This document shows positions 1 to 12,665 of a stretch of 64,000 nucleotides of DNA, piece after piece (positions within the stretch are counted from its first letter, which is position 1; each line of letters starts with the position of its first letter). The notes beneath the pieces were generated by a model. The model ran no database searches. It worked only from the letters and a program-made list of their open reading frames with translations, and was not told the origin of the DNA. This DNA is from Harriotta raleighana (lineage: Eukaryota), in NCBI GenBank assembly GCA_050575255.1, contig JBNZDD010013697.1:4662263-4726262 (forward strand), in the 5' to 3' direction. The translations under genes were made by a program, and so were the position numbers.

Positions 1-982
1 AGGCCCAATTCTTTGTCCCAACCAGAGCTGGGTTTTCAGTCCCACTTGATACCAATTAAGTTAAGCCAGTATCCTGTGAAGTTTCATAGAATTGCTACAC
101 TCAGGGATGTAAACAACACTCACAGCACTGAAATCTTCAAAGGCAACCACTGCACTGATATTTATCAATTTTGTCATGACACATCACATTATTCATTCCT
201 ATAATGCTAATAGCATTTGATGTAGGTGGAGCATTTCTACTGCTGGCTCTGCCTCACAAGAGACGATTCTCCCCAATTCTAAGCAGTATTCTGTCGAGCC
301 AATTCCTTTCACAGCTCAAGATCCAGGCCCCAGAGATGGCTGATTTTCACATATGTGGTGCTCTTTCGTACAATTGGTCCTTTGGGTCCCACTGTCCTAC
401 CTCTCATCATGCAGAGTGTCACTTGCATTGTGCAATTTCCGACTTACTTTGCTTTTCATGCCAAAATATTGCAAGTGATAAAGTTCCCTTGGTGCCCATT
501 TAAGAATACTATAGAAATATTACATAATTCAGTCAGTTTCATTAAACATATGGTCCAAACCAGGCTGTTGCGAGAACTAATTTCTGTTATTTACCAATGC
601 ATTATCATGCATCAATACTATGCAACCTTCCACTATGCCTATGCAGCATAAACCACATGAAAGATATTGATCTTGCTGCCAGTGGTATTACTATCTGATC
701 ATGTTTGACTTTCAGCTCCAATAAAGGGAAATCAAGTAAAGACCACATCGATTGAATCACCAGCTAGTAACTGGCTCACTTGGTGCTTTCAGTTCATTGA
801 CATTGAATTAATCCTCAGACTACTGATTGTCTGCGCAAATTGACCAGTTCTATACATTTTCAGTGTCATGCACCATAATCCAAACAATTGCATGGTAAGC
901 TGCTTAGACGCAAGAAATACCTTTAGTTTTCTAATAATACTCATAAACAATTATTTTAAATACCCCACAAATACTTGTCTAA

Positions 983-2275
983 GATAGACCCCACCACCTG
1001 CTCCCTTGAGCCCATCCCCACCTCCCTCCTCATCTCCCAGTTCCATCTCATAGCCCCTCTCCTAACTGATGTCATCAACCTCTCCCTATCCACTGTCACC
1101 ATCCCCATTCCTCTGCTGTCATCACCCGCATCTTAAAAAAACTTTCTCTCGACCCATCCCTACTCTCTAGCTATTGCCCCATCTCCAACTTCCCATTCCT
1201 TTCCAAGGATCTGGAAAGAGTCGTTGCTTCCCAGCTTTGCTCCTTCCTCTCCCGCCACTCCCTCCTCGAACCCCTTCAATCTGGCTTCAGAGCTTCCCAC
1301 AGCCCTTCAAAGTCTCTAACGACATCCTTAACATCTGTGACCAAGGCTCTCTCTGCCTCCTTGTCCCTCTCGACTTCTCCGCCATTTTTGACACAGTCAA
1401 CCCAATTCCATTCTCCTACACCGCCTCTCCTCCTTCCTCAATCTCCATGGACCTGCTCTTGTCTGGTTCGACTCCTACCTCTCTCATCGCCTACACTTTG
1501 TCACCACCAATGGTTTCTCTTCTGGCCCCCACACTGTTACCTGTGGTCCCCCTGGGCTCTGTCCTTGGCCCCCTACTTTTCAACATCTATATGCTCCCAC
1601 TTGGTGACATCATCCGTAGATATGGGGTTAACTTCCACATGTGTGCGGATGACACCCAACTCTATCTCTCTGCCTCTACCCTCGACTCCAGGATTACCAC
1701 TGTCCTGACAGACTGTCTGTCAGACATCAAGTCCTGGATGAGAGCTAACCTTCTACAGTTGAACGTCAACAAGACCAAGGCTCTACTGATTGGCTCGTGC
1801 CAGCGCCTTCTTGCATTAGGCGCTGGCTGTATCCATCTCCATGATTGCACACTCAACCTCACCAAGCCAGTCAGGAACCTAGGTGTCTTGTTCAACCCTC
1901 AACTGTCTTTCCTCCCTCACATCCAAGCAATGACTCGCGCTGCCTTTCTCCATCTCCGCAACATTTCCCGACTCTGCCATTACCTCACCCCTAAAGCTGC
2001 TGAAACCCTCAACCACACCTTCATTACATCTCGGCTCGATTATGCAAATGCTTTGCTAGTCGGCCTTCCCAATTCCTCCACAGGATGCAGATAATTCAGA
2101 ATTCTGCGGCCTGCTTCCTCTACCATTCCAAACTCCATGACCCCATCTCCCCCATCCTCGCCCGACTCCATTGGTTCCCCATCATCCAGAGGATCCAATT
2201 CAAGATCCTGGTCCTCACATTTAAAGCCCTCCAAAACCTCGCCCCACTCTATATTCGTGACCTCCTATCCCTTTA
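983..2275 (+). mobile_element. L2-clade LINE, 5'-truncated decayed ORF2 (RT domain and C-terminal region)
   Basis: ORF 1174-2094 has L2 RT motifs [31 protein letters not shown] (YADD variant), VRNLGVLFN and [11 protein letters not shown] frameshifted continuation gives IIQNSAA..HDPISPILARLHWFPI..RIQFKIL. Confidence 0.93.
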
Positions 2276-2361
2276 CCATTTTATTTCCTCCCCTTCTCCT
2301 CTGCTAAAGATTTTTCTTGTTCATTTTTTCTTCCTTTGGCGTATGATTAATTCCCCTCTAG

Positions 2362-2880
2362 TACAATACAATACAAAATCACATTTGTACAGTGCCTTTC
2401 ACGTCAGAAGGAACTTTCAAGATGCTGGATAGTCAAAGATTTGGACCCAAGCTGGTAGTCAGGATCAGGGAGAGTAGAAAGCAAAGAGGGTAGGAGGGTG
2501 GTCGAAGATGTAGTAGAAGAGGAGAGTCTTAAGACGTGCCTTGAAGGAATCAAGAGAGGGAGTGAGACAAAGGGAATGTGGGATGGAGTTCCAAACAGTT
2601 GGGGTAGAGAAGCTGAAGACCGGCCGCCAATGGTGAGGCAGGCCGGGCAGGATACATGGAACAGGCCACAGTCTGCTGAGTGGAGGGAGTGAGTGGAGGT
2701 TGATAAGGGGTTAGCAGGTCACAGTGGTATGAAGGGGCAAGGCCATGAAGGGCCCTGAAGGTGAGGGCAAGGAGTTTGAACACTATGCTTTGTGGGATGG
2801 GGATCCAGTGGATTCGGGTGAGGGCAGGGTTGGTGGAATCAAAGAGCCTGATGCGGCAGAGGAAATGAGCTGCAGACTTC
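2362..2880 (-). mobile_element. L2 LINE 3' fragment (ORF2 end, 3'UTR, tail)
   Basis: Minus ORF FKLLALTFRALHGLAPSY..DLLTPY, with the reverse-complement L2 tail at ~2362-2420. Confidence 0.85.
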
Positions 2881-3348
2881 TGAATGATGGTATCTCAATC
2901 TACAACAACAACAACAAAATTACATTTATACAGCATATCTTGTGACCATAATTCATATGTGAATCTCAACAGTGATAGTTGGCAGCCTCTTTAAACACGG
3001 GTGAGCATCCGAGCCATGTCCACGTCAGATCTCACCTGAAGTCCTAGGACAGTGTTTGAGAGCTCTGTGTGAATTGTCGTTCCCTGACCCAGAATGCCAA
3101 TGAGGGTGTCTGGTGAGGGTAGGATTGGTGGAGTCATTTGAGGCATCCAAACATATTTTATAGCTGACACCAACTGGAAACTGCAACAGTCTTGGTTTGT
3201 GCCACATTGGATCCACCAGGCCATCTGAGTGGTTGACAGTGTAACAGCATCTGAATAAATATTAATGGTAAATCTGTCATTTCCCATTTGATGTAAAATA
3301 TCATAAGAGATACTGACATTCAGCATTAACCTCCCAATGTATCCTAAA

Positions 3349-3790
3349 GGAGTTGTGTAACTCAGTGGTTGGAGCACTCGCCTCGCATGCGAGATGACCT
3401 GGGTTTGACCTGGCAGGGCGAAATGTTGGACAAGTTTCCTTATTCCATACAACTCTGTTTACCAGTAAGTAGGAACATGGTTGTTAGTTGATTGGTGGAT
3501 CGCTTTTCTGTGTAATACTTCTTTCAAAATGAATAAAAATAATACAGTCATTCAATCCACGACTGCACCTTGGGACATCCTTCCGATGTGAAAGGTACTC
3601 CAGAAATGTAGTTTTGTTGTTGTTATGTGTGAGACACTGCCGTGCGCATTTGGCTGCTGAGTTTCCCCACAAAATATACAGTCAATTTACATTACAGTAT
3701 ATTCTGTGAAGCACTTTGAGACGGCTCGAAGATGTGATAAAGTGCTGCATCAAATGCAAAGATTATTATAGGATTATTATTATTATTAAT
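3349..3790 (+). mobile_element. tRNA-derived SINE (long variant) with L2-like tail; a short antisense L2 tail is nested at ~3560-3625
   Basis: A/B-box-like head (aactcagtggttggagcact...gggtttgacc), body gggcgaaa..caagtttccttattccat, and tail gtgaagcactttgagac...aaatgcaaagattatt(att)n. Confidence 0.85.
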
Positions 3791-4365
3791 TGATCATTTC
3801 TGCAGAGTAGATTTCTCATTCACTTTCAAGTCTTCTTTATACGGAAATTCCTTGTGCTTTTTCCCACCATTGTCTTTGTGAAAGTATCTACTTGCTGTTT
3901 CTTCTTATAGTGGTCCCACTGGGCTCCAGTGGTCAAGTTTCTGCAGAGTTCCAAAGACATCTGTCTGTGATTGAAACCCCTGGGGCTCAGTGTGTGTTTC
4001 CCTTCCTGACTTATACTTTTCCACTGGGCAATCGTGGAACTAAAGCTTATGACTAGTTCTGAGTACCGGCTGTCTGAAGCAGTCACCTGGCTTGGCGACA
4101 AGTTAGCTAAGTTGCAAATCAATTAGTCTGAATGGTGTGTTCCATTTACCTGCCTATTCTTCCTCAAACTTTCGATGCTTCTATTAGTTCCTTTTTTGCC
4201 ATACAACTTATCTCAGGATCCAAAATATGAAACATTAAGCTCAAATTGACTGAATTAATAATATTTCTTTTATATGATAATAATTATTTCATTTGATATA
4301 GTGTGTAATCATATTGTTGAGATATCTCAAAACACTTCACTGCAAAATTAATTGGCTGTGTGTTA

Positions 4366-4850
4366 AGAAAATAAGAACATATGAAATGCCAGATGAATAA
4401 AGAATAAACAAATAAAAATCCATCTAGTTTGCTTTCCACCTTCCTGGCAGTAGCATGCATTTGTCCCAAACTACCCATAATGTTATTTTCGAAAAGAAAA
4501 CTAATCTTTGTTTGAAAGAATCAACACTTCCTGCTTCAACTATTTCCCTAGGGAGCCTGTTTCACAGATTCACTATTCGCTCACTGAAATAGTGTTCGTG
4601 TAGATTTGTTCTGAATTTACCCGCCCTTCAATCGCAGGCCATGTCCTCCACTTCTACTATTCTGAACAAGTTGAAACAGCCTGTCATTATTTGTATTGTT
4701 TTGCCTCTTTAGAGACTTAAAGACAGCAATCATGTCACCTTTAAATCTTCTCTTTTGCAACATGAACATGCCCAATTTACTTAGTCGCTCCTCATAGTGC
4801 TGTCCTTCCATTCCCTCAATCATTTTGGTTGCTCTCCTCTGTATCTTCTT
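4366..4850 (-). mobile_element. CR1 LINE 3' fragment
   Basis: Minus ORF QRRATKMIEGMEGQHYEERLSKLGMFMLQKRRFKGDMIAVFK...GHGLRL is the typical CR1 ORF2 C-terminus. Confidence 0.9.
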
Positions 4851-6134
4851 GGTTTCTTCACTTTGGAATTCCATGCCACAATCCCTTTGCCTTGCTCCCT
4901 CTCCTGTCTTCTTCAAGACCAGTCTTCATTTTAGTGATGATAAATCCACAAAAAATTGTGGGTTTAGTGACCAAATGAATACTATTTTATTTATTTATGT
5001 GGAATGGATTATTACCCTCAGAGAGCGATCTGCCAATAGACTAACAATCAGGTTCTTACTTACTCTTAGGTAAGAAGAGANTCTGAACATTTTGCACATA
5101 TGATGTTCACCCAACTCATAGATTAGATTTCTCTCCCCCAATCTATAAAATGAAGTTAGACCCGTATAAAATTTCAGTGGAAAGGTGTTGTTATTCTGAT
5201 GAACTATCTATTTATGGTCATTATGAATCCATCATGTCAATTCATCATAAGAGTGTAGTCTTCTGAACATATAAGTGAGTCTTTGTGTCCTACAATAGTT
5301 TTTGTATATTCTTGCTGAGAAGCAAACCCAAGAACTAACAATTGTGCCTTTCATTGGCATTTCTGCAGACCTGTGACAAGCTGCCAAAGGCAGAAAAATC
5401 TTTTGAAAGTGCATAACGGCAAAGAACATTGCAGCATATAAAAAATAAGAGGTTAGTCGAAATAAATCACTTTACAGTAAATTCTGTGAAGCGCTTTGAG
5501 ACATCTAGAAGACGTGAAAAGCGCAAAATCAAAATGCAAAGATTATTATAAAAAGAACTGAACTATTTCTAAGTCAAAGGGAGTAATCTTGTAGTTGAGA
5601 ATGATGGAAATGCTTACTTTGTTTCACTTTTACATGGAAAAGTGGAAGTCGGACTGCGAGTATACCAGAAGATTTAAAACATCTACTGGAGCTAAATATT
5701 ACAAGGAAAACTGTAATTAAATGTTAAAAGGACTTGAAGCAAAAAATCCACCAGACTCGAATAGTATGCATCACAGAATATTGAAGGAGGCCGAACAGCA
5801 GATAGCAGATGTATTGGCCTCAACTTTCTAAATATCTTGGAAAATTATTGGCCAATTACTACATGTTCTGTGGATAAGTTTCTCGAGACTATAAAACACG
5901 ATAAAATTTATAAACATTAAGAAAATCAGGAATTCATCTCACTCTCAGGACAGGGAAGAGATGTGGGATTATACACTATACAATTAATTAATTACAGTGT
6001 ACAGTACTTTATATCTGGTGGATATCCCAAAGTGCTTCACAATATGTACTGTAAAGTAAAGTGGCTGTGGGCTTTGTTGGCAAACATATGATGCAGGGCC
6101 ATTAAACATAAATTGCAAGGGGTGACATTGCCAA

Positions 6135-6576
6135 CCAACTCTGCGCCCACCTCCTCCACCTTCCCGGCCTGCCCCTAAAACTCTCCGAACCCATGAGCAA
6201 CCTAGGTGTCAGATTTGACCCCCAACTGTCCTTTCTCTCCCACATCCGGTCCCTCACCAGTACCGCTTTTTCCACCTCCGACGGATTGCCCGTCTCCAGC
6301 AATATCTCGCACCAAAAATCAAACCCTGGTCCATGCCTTTGTCATCTCTCGGCTGGACTATTCCAATGCCCTTCTCGCCGGTCTCCCCTCCACCACAATC
6401 CATAAAATCCAACTCATTCAAAACTCTGCCACCCGCATTCTCACCTGCACCAAACTTTACTCCCCCATTACCCCAGTCCTTGCCAGATTTCACTGGCTCC
6501 CTGTCCAGGGAGGATCGATTTCAAGATCCTCACCCTTGTTTTCAAATCCTTCCACTCCTCTGCACCCCCTCGACCC
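6135..6576 (+). mobile_element. L2 LINE fragment (C-terminal ORF2); continues at 8324-8635 across a mis-assembly
   Basis: Encodes NLGVRFDPQLSF.SHI and LVHAFVISRLDYSNALLAGLP..IQLIQNSA.RIL...PITPVLARFHWLPV. Confidence 0.9.
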
Positions 6577-6577
6577 N

Positions 6578-6974
6578 ACGTGAGCGCTAAGGAAACTTAC
6601 CTTTTTGGCTCCAACTGAGAAACGAAACCATCTTACTTGCAAGGTGAGTGCTCTGACCAATATGCTATAGGATTCCAAAAAAGACTTAATGTTTTCCCAA
6701 CAGAATTGACTTACTATAAACTGTACAGTATTTATTCACATTAAAATCTGTCTGCTGCTCCTTATAACAACAACANGCGTGTGCGCTAAGGAAACTTACC
6801 TTTTTGGCTCCAACTGAGAAACGAAACCATCTTACTTGCAAGGTGAGTTCTCTGATCAATATGCTATAGGATTCCAAAAAAGGCTTAATGTTTTCCCAAC
6901 AGAATTGACTTACTATAAACTGTTCAGTATTTATTCACATTAAAATCTGTCTGCTGCTCCTTATAACAACAACA
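6578..6974. repeat. 198-bp tandem duplicate bounded by single Ns (likely two haplotypes assembled in tandem); contains an antisense SINE head
   Basis: 6578-6775 and 6777-6974 differ at ~6 positions. Ns lie at 6577 and 6776. Confidence 0.85.
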
Positions 6975-7153
6975 ACAACTTCGATTTATATAGCGCCCTC
7001 CACACTGGACGTCGTCTCAGAGTATTTCACAATAACGGATCCCGGGACTGAGATTCCCTACTTATAATGGACTAGCAGATGAACTACCCGGGACTTAGTC
7101 CATCTGCTGAATTGGTCCACATCTTTTGAATGCTATTTGTCACTCACACTTAC

Positions 7154-7229
7154 CTGTCACAAAGGAACTGGCTTCTGAGATCTGTGCTTGCTTTAAGAAA
7201 CGACTGACTATTCTGAATGCTGCAAGTTG
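7154..7229 (-). other. Candidate 76-nt exon (unverified)
   Basis: Minus-strand acceptor ttctttgagatttgtttcag| and consensus donor CAG|gtaagt; open in two frames. No homology recognised. Confidence 0.25.
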
Positions 7230-7348
7230 CTGAAACAAATCTCAAAGAAGAAGGCAGCAAGTCTATGAAGTCACGATGAAATCTTTAAAATAAACCAAAT
7301 AATTAAACATTTTAATAATTGGGTCTAATTTGCATATTGGCTTAACTA

Positions 7349-7479
7349 CAGGCAGTCCTCTAGTTACGACGTTTCGAGGTACGACAATTCGAAGTTACGA
7401 CACTTAAAATCAGTAAAATTACGTCCGAGTTACATCCAAGTTCTCGAAGTTACGACACTACTATGTAAATACTTTAGTT
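7349..7479 (+). mobile_element. Left end of a Tigger/pogo-like (Tc1/mariner) DNA transposon, cut off by the gap
   Basis: TA followed by CAGGCAGTCCTCTAGTTACG, with repeated subterminal GTTACGAC motifs. Confidence 0.7.
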
Positions 7480-8323
7480 NNNNNNNNNNNNNNNNNNNNN
7501 NNNNNNNNNNNNNNNNNNNNNNNNNNNNNNNNNNNNNNNNNNNNNNNNNNNNNNNNNNNNNNNNNNNNNNNNNNNNNNNNNNNNNNNNNNNNNNNNNNNN
7601 NNNNNNNNNNNNNNNNNNNNNNNNNNNNNNNNNNNNNNNNNNNNNNNNNNNNNNNNNNNNNNNNNNNNNNNNNNNNNNNNNNNNNNNNNNNNNNNNNNNN
7701 NNNNNNNNNNNNNNNNNNNNNNNNNNNNNNNNNNNNNNNNNNNNNNNNNNNNNNNNNNNNNNNNNNNNNNNNNNNNNNNNNNNNNNNNNNNNNNNNNNNN
7801 NNNNNNNNNNNNNNNNNNNNNNNNNNNNNNNNNNNNNNNNNNNNNNNNNNNNNNNNNNNNNNNNNNNNNNNNNNNNNNNNNNNNNNNNNNNNNNNNNNNN
7901 NNNNNNNNNNNNNNNNNNNNNNNNNNNNNNNNNNNNNNNNNNNNNNNNNNNNNNNNNNNNNNNNNNNNNNNNNNNNNNNNNNNNNNNNNNNNNNNNNNNN
8001 NNNNNNNNNNNNNNNNNNNNNNNNNNNNNNNNNNNNNNNNNNNNNNNNNNNNNNNNNNNNNNNNNNNNNNNNNNNNNNNNNNNNNNNNNNNNNNNNNNNN
8101 NNNNNNNNNNNNNNNNNNNNNNNNNNNNNNNNNNNNNNNNNNNNNNNNNNNNNNNNNNNNNNNNNNNNNNNNNNNNNNNNNNNNNNNNNNNNNNNNNNNN
8201 NNNNNNNNNNNNNNNNNNNNNNNNNNNNNNNNNNNNNNNNNNNNNNNNNNNNNNNNNNNNNNNNNNNNNNNNNNNNNNNNNNNNNNNNNNNNNNNNNNNN
8301 NNNNNNNNNNNNNNNNNNNNNNN
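7480..8323. other. Assembly gap (844 N)
   Basis: Run of N. Confidence 1.
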
Positions 8324-8635
8324 CTCCCCTCCACCACAATCCATAAAATCCAACTCATTCAAAACTCTGCCACCCGCATTCTCACCTGCACCAAACTTTA
8401 CTCCCCCATTACCCCAGTCCTTGCCAGATTTCACTGGCTCCCTGTCCAGGGAGGATCGATTTCAAGATCCTCACCCTTGTTTTCAAATCCTTCCACTCCT
8501 CTGCACCCCCTCGACCCTCTTCGACCACACCTTTGGTCACCTTTCTACCCTTGCCCCTGGCTCGGTCCCAGGATCCGTTACTGTGAAGCAATTTGTTCGG
8601 CGTGGAGGGCGCTATATAAATTGAAGTTGTTGTTA
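8324..8635 (+). mobile_element. L2 LINE 3' end; first ~194 bp duplicate 6383-6576
   Basis: Identical overlap with 6383-6576, ending in gggcgctatataaattgaagttgttgtt. Confidence 0.9.
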
Positions 8636-8800
8636 CATTTATACAAGACATTGTTCAGGATGAAGCTGAAATATTGTATGCAATTTTACCCATTTACAGA
8701 AATGACAACTGAGATGTGGAAATGGTATAGGAGCATTCACAAAGAACATACCAAGAGGGAGACAATAAAGTTCTATGAAATACTCGAATAACAGCATCGA
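8630..8800 (+). mobile_element. Old CR1 fragment
   Basis: LLHLYKTLFRMKLKYCMQF resembles the CR1 LY..LVRP.LEYC.QFW motif. Confidence 0.6.
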
Positions 8801-10574
8801 AGAATGACTGAAATATTTGGGCCTAATCAGTCACGGAAAGCATCTCCAGGTTGGGGGAATTCCAAAAAAGATTTTAACCTTGTTCCTTAAATAGTTATAG
8901 AATCTCTTAAAGAAAAAAAACATGATTTTCACTGCAATTTTAACCGGTATGATTCTATTGACAGGTAGAAAAACAAATAGCAACAGCTTTAAACTAAGGT
9001 AAGTCTGAACTTATGTGCAGTGCAAGCCAAATTGTAGCACAAAAGAAACTCTCATGTTGAGAAACTCTCATGCTGTCCCATGATGCTTATGAAAAAAACT
9101 ACCATCTGTTTAATCAAGGATTCTTGTCTTAACCCTTTAAGTTTAAAATCTATCAATTCTGAAAAGTCCTGAGAATAGTTTGGAGATTTCTTGATGTCTC
9201 AAAATGACTGCCTGTTGTTTCTGGCTGATCAGGATAGAATATTGATTACTTTCTTCAACAACAGAAACAATAATGTATTTCACATTTTACACAATACAGT
9301 GCAGACTGCATATTGAAAAATGTGATATGCTTGTTTTCAGTGGGATGCTAACCTATGCTTTGTGATGATAATTATCACCACTGTTCCAATGTCTATCTAG
9401 AAGATACTGGCTGAGCTCAATGAGAGTTCTTATGCACAAACTGTCACACTTACAAGAAACCCATGACTATCCTTAAGAGCAGCTAAACTGAGAGTACCAT
9501 ACATCCCGCCTATACAGAAATTCCAGAGGTTGCTCCACGAGTAGCAAAAGCAACAGCATCAAATCTTTGACCTGCTTTACGCCAAACAATTGTACCAAGA
9601 AGGTAGGGAAGGAGTTGGAGGGAAGGTCACACACAGACAAGTTAATCATTTAAGGCAATTCTTAGACAGCAATTTTTGGTGATGTTGTAACTATCATTGG
9701 TGATAATTATCAGGACATATACCAGTCTTTTCATCGTATTGTTACAAAACACAAAACATCTGGCTAGCCAGCAAGAGTCATTGCATCAAACAAAACAGCA
9801 GAAAAATCTATTCATGTTTCTGTCAGTCATTCAGAGAGAAAAAAATCAATTGGCGCAAAGGTGTTTGAAGAATTTATGCCTCTTTACAGTTGTACAACCC
9901 ATTGAGCTTTGATCAAAAAAATGTTTTGTCTTTCTCACACACTCTACATTGGCTTCTCTCTTCATACATGTTAACCCTTTGATAAGCTTCCAATTCGTTA
10001 AACGCAGAAATGTCAGTGGTGGTTTCAGCAGGCTTTCAGCATAGAGCATAGTTTACAACAATGAGTCACCAGGCTCGATATTTTTCCCAATGGGGAAATA
10101 ATTCAAGTGGATATTGAACAAATGTTGTGACTCTTTAGGAATGCTATAGGTTTCCAACCATTTTAAAAGTATAATATCCGATTTCTGTTGCACTTTTTAA
10201 CTTGCATCCAATACAATTTCTACAAACAATTGAAGTTAAAAGTACAGTTTAAAAGTTTAAATCTAATTACAGGGGCTCTGATTGAATTATTGATCCCTGC
10301 TTTGAAATGGAATTGGTACCATTGCCTGCCAGTTTAAATCTGATTACACTGAGGCCAATTCTAATAATATTTGAAGCTCTTCTTTTCTTAAAAATCAATT
10401 TGAAACTTCATGGACTTTAACAATGTTAAAGAGTCAGTCACACTCCAATCAGTTAATTTTCATTTCAAAATCATCCTTGCGCTGCAAAGTGTTGCATGGA
10501 CTCCATTGCACTATTCAAAAAGAGAAGGAAGATTTTCCTGATTTCCTGACCAACAACCTCCAATTGGTCACTTA

Positions 10575-10905
10575 TTCGAATCCAGGCAGATCAGGGCGAA
10601 ACCTTGGGCAAGTTTCCTTACTCCACATGCCTAATAATAATCCCTCCAAAAAAACTACAATAATAAAATTGGTCATTTCAATCCATGACTGTTTGTGGGA
10701 CACTGCTGTGCGCAATTGGCTGCCGCGTTCCGCCCACAAATATACAGTCAATTCACTTTACAGTATATTCTGTGAAGCGCTTTGGGACGTTGATAAGATG
10801 TGAAAAGCGCTNNTTGGCAAACTACAAAAAACACAGTCACACCATTGTACACTCAACAATGTGACAAGCCACAATATCAAATGCAAGGATTATTACTATT
10901 ATTAG
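10575..10905 (+). mobile_element. tRNA-SINE (short variant, 5'-truncated, broken by NN)
   Basis: Nearly identical to 52797-53040 (ttcgaatccaggcagatcagggcgaaaccttgggc...gtgaaaagcgct). Confidence 0.92.
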
Positions 10906-11011
10906 TATTGCTCTATGCTTGTTGCATTTCAGATGGTCCAGAATAGAAAAAATACATTTTATTTGTAATTAAGAATTTACCAAGTTCTCAATGCTCCGAA
11001 ATGCTACAAAA

Positions 11012-11195
11012 ATAGAATCATAGAATTATACAACAACAAAATTACATTTTATAGAGCGTCTTTAACATCGGGAAGACGTCCCAAAACGCTAGCTACAGCA
11101 CAGAAGGAGGCCATTCGGTCTCCATCGTGGCTGTGCCGGCTCTTTGGAAAGAACTGTCCAATCAGTCCCACTCCCCCGCTCTCTCCCTGTCGCCA
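11012..11195 (-). mobile_element. CR1 3' terminus with a nested short L2 tail (~11030-11092)
   Basis: The CR1-type end tagaatcatagaatta...acagcacagaaggaggccattcgg is interrupted by caacaacaaaattacattttatagagcgtc...cccaaaacgct. Confidence 0.75.
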
Positions 11196-12369
11196 ACCTG
11201 GTCAACCTGATTATGCATTTCATTGTGGAAACCTTGACATGAGATCTGACAAAGCTGAATTCCATTATACCTGTTGTTTTTAATAAAAACTCGCTAATTA
11301 TCCTTAATTATCCTTCTATTAAATATCAAAAAGTAAGCCTTGAGCATATTGGAGAAGCATCATATATCACCCTCATCTTACATTAGAAACCTCACTACCT
11401 CTCTAAGCCATCCTTTCTAATATCCAAATATGATTTAATTGCATTTAGCAAAGGATCTGCATCACTGATTGGAGTGGCATATTTGGTAGCAAATGTGTAG
11501 GAGCGAATAAAATACACAGAGCAGAGAAATTGAAAGCTGCGTTTGGAAATTGTATTTTTTCATTCTCATACTGGTGCAGTCAGTGGTTCAGCAGTTAGCT
11601 TGATATTGCTGGAATAATATTCAATTAGTGCACAGTTCACAGCAATTATTGCATTATTACTAACATGAAGGAACTTAATCACTTCAAAAAGATTTAAAAA
11701 GACCCTTTGTTGGGATTTTACAATTATCATGTCTTCTTTGATGTATTGTATTTAATGGGTCATGACTTAAAATTGGAATTATATTATCTTTAGTTCAAAT
11801 GATTAAACATGTAAATAGTTGAAAGAAAATGCATGCAAGAAGGCTTTTGGTATTTTCACAAATGATAAATTCTTTAGCACTCAAAATCTGACCTGCAAAT
11901 TTTTCTTTGAGCATATATTCATCGATTTTACAGATGTCAAAGTAATTATTTGACACACAATATCAGCAATGGCAGTATTTAGAACTGTTATGTTTCCACG
12001 GCTAATATGTTTTTTGTGTGCTCACGGAAAGAGCGTGTTTCACTTTGTATCTTTGAATAATTCAAAGTGTTCAATGTCCTCCAATGAAAACTGCATAATT
12101 TGACTTGCCCATTCCCCAAACTTTAGTCCAGACTTCCTTGTCCCCATGTGCTAAACTAAAGTAAATGTCTCCTTTCACTTGAAACTAATGTAATGATCAT
12201 CTCCTCTCAGTAATAATAGAGTTTGATTTTCTTTATTTCTTAACTAGATTCCTCAATAAAGAAGCTGAATCGCACAAATGATGATTCCTTGCAATAAACA
12301 GAAGTACAATATCCCGACCCATGGGAACTCTATTACAATGTAATCTATATTCCATAGTGGAATTAGTTT

Positions 12370-12665
12370 GTGTCTATACTACTGGGGTCCTAGATGGACA
12401 AGCAGTGGGAAAGCTTGCCAGGCAGTCCTCTCAATGGTAAGCTATGCGTTATTAGCTGGGTAGACTCCAAAAATACCCCAGTGCACACTCTGGGGTCCCT
12501 AAATCTTGCCTCTTGCCAACCTGTGTCTAATACTCTCCTGGATTAGGTAAGCAGGATTCATTCCTCCAGGGAGAAAGTACATATTCCATTCCAATAAACA
12601 TTTTTGGAATTCTATGTGTAGGTGGGATGCATGGAACTCTCAATTTGGTTTGAATACAGAAACTT
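12370..12665 (+). repeat. Ancient unclassified interspersed repeat; related fragments at ~13585-13660 (+), ~32330-32510 (+) and ~9470-9530 (-)
   Basis: Shared motifs tcttgccaa.ctgt..cta.tact.tcctggatt.ggtaa..aggat.cattcctccagggaga and gtgggatg.atggaactctca. Confidence 0.65.

Noticed and set aside
1174-2094. 306-aa ORF as a cellular gene or active reverse transcriptase
   Set aside because: Truncated, frameshifted L2 ORF2 with YADD changed to CADD.
3826-4122. 98-aa minus ORF as a terminal exon
   Set aside because: An in-frame stop lies immediately upstream, there is no good acceptor, and no homology is recognised.
7430-8434. Three ~300-aa ORFs
   Set aside because: They are read through the 844-N gap and are artefacts.
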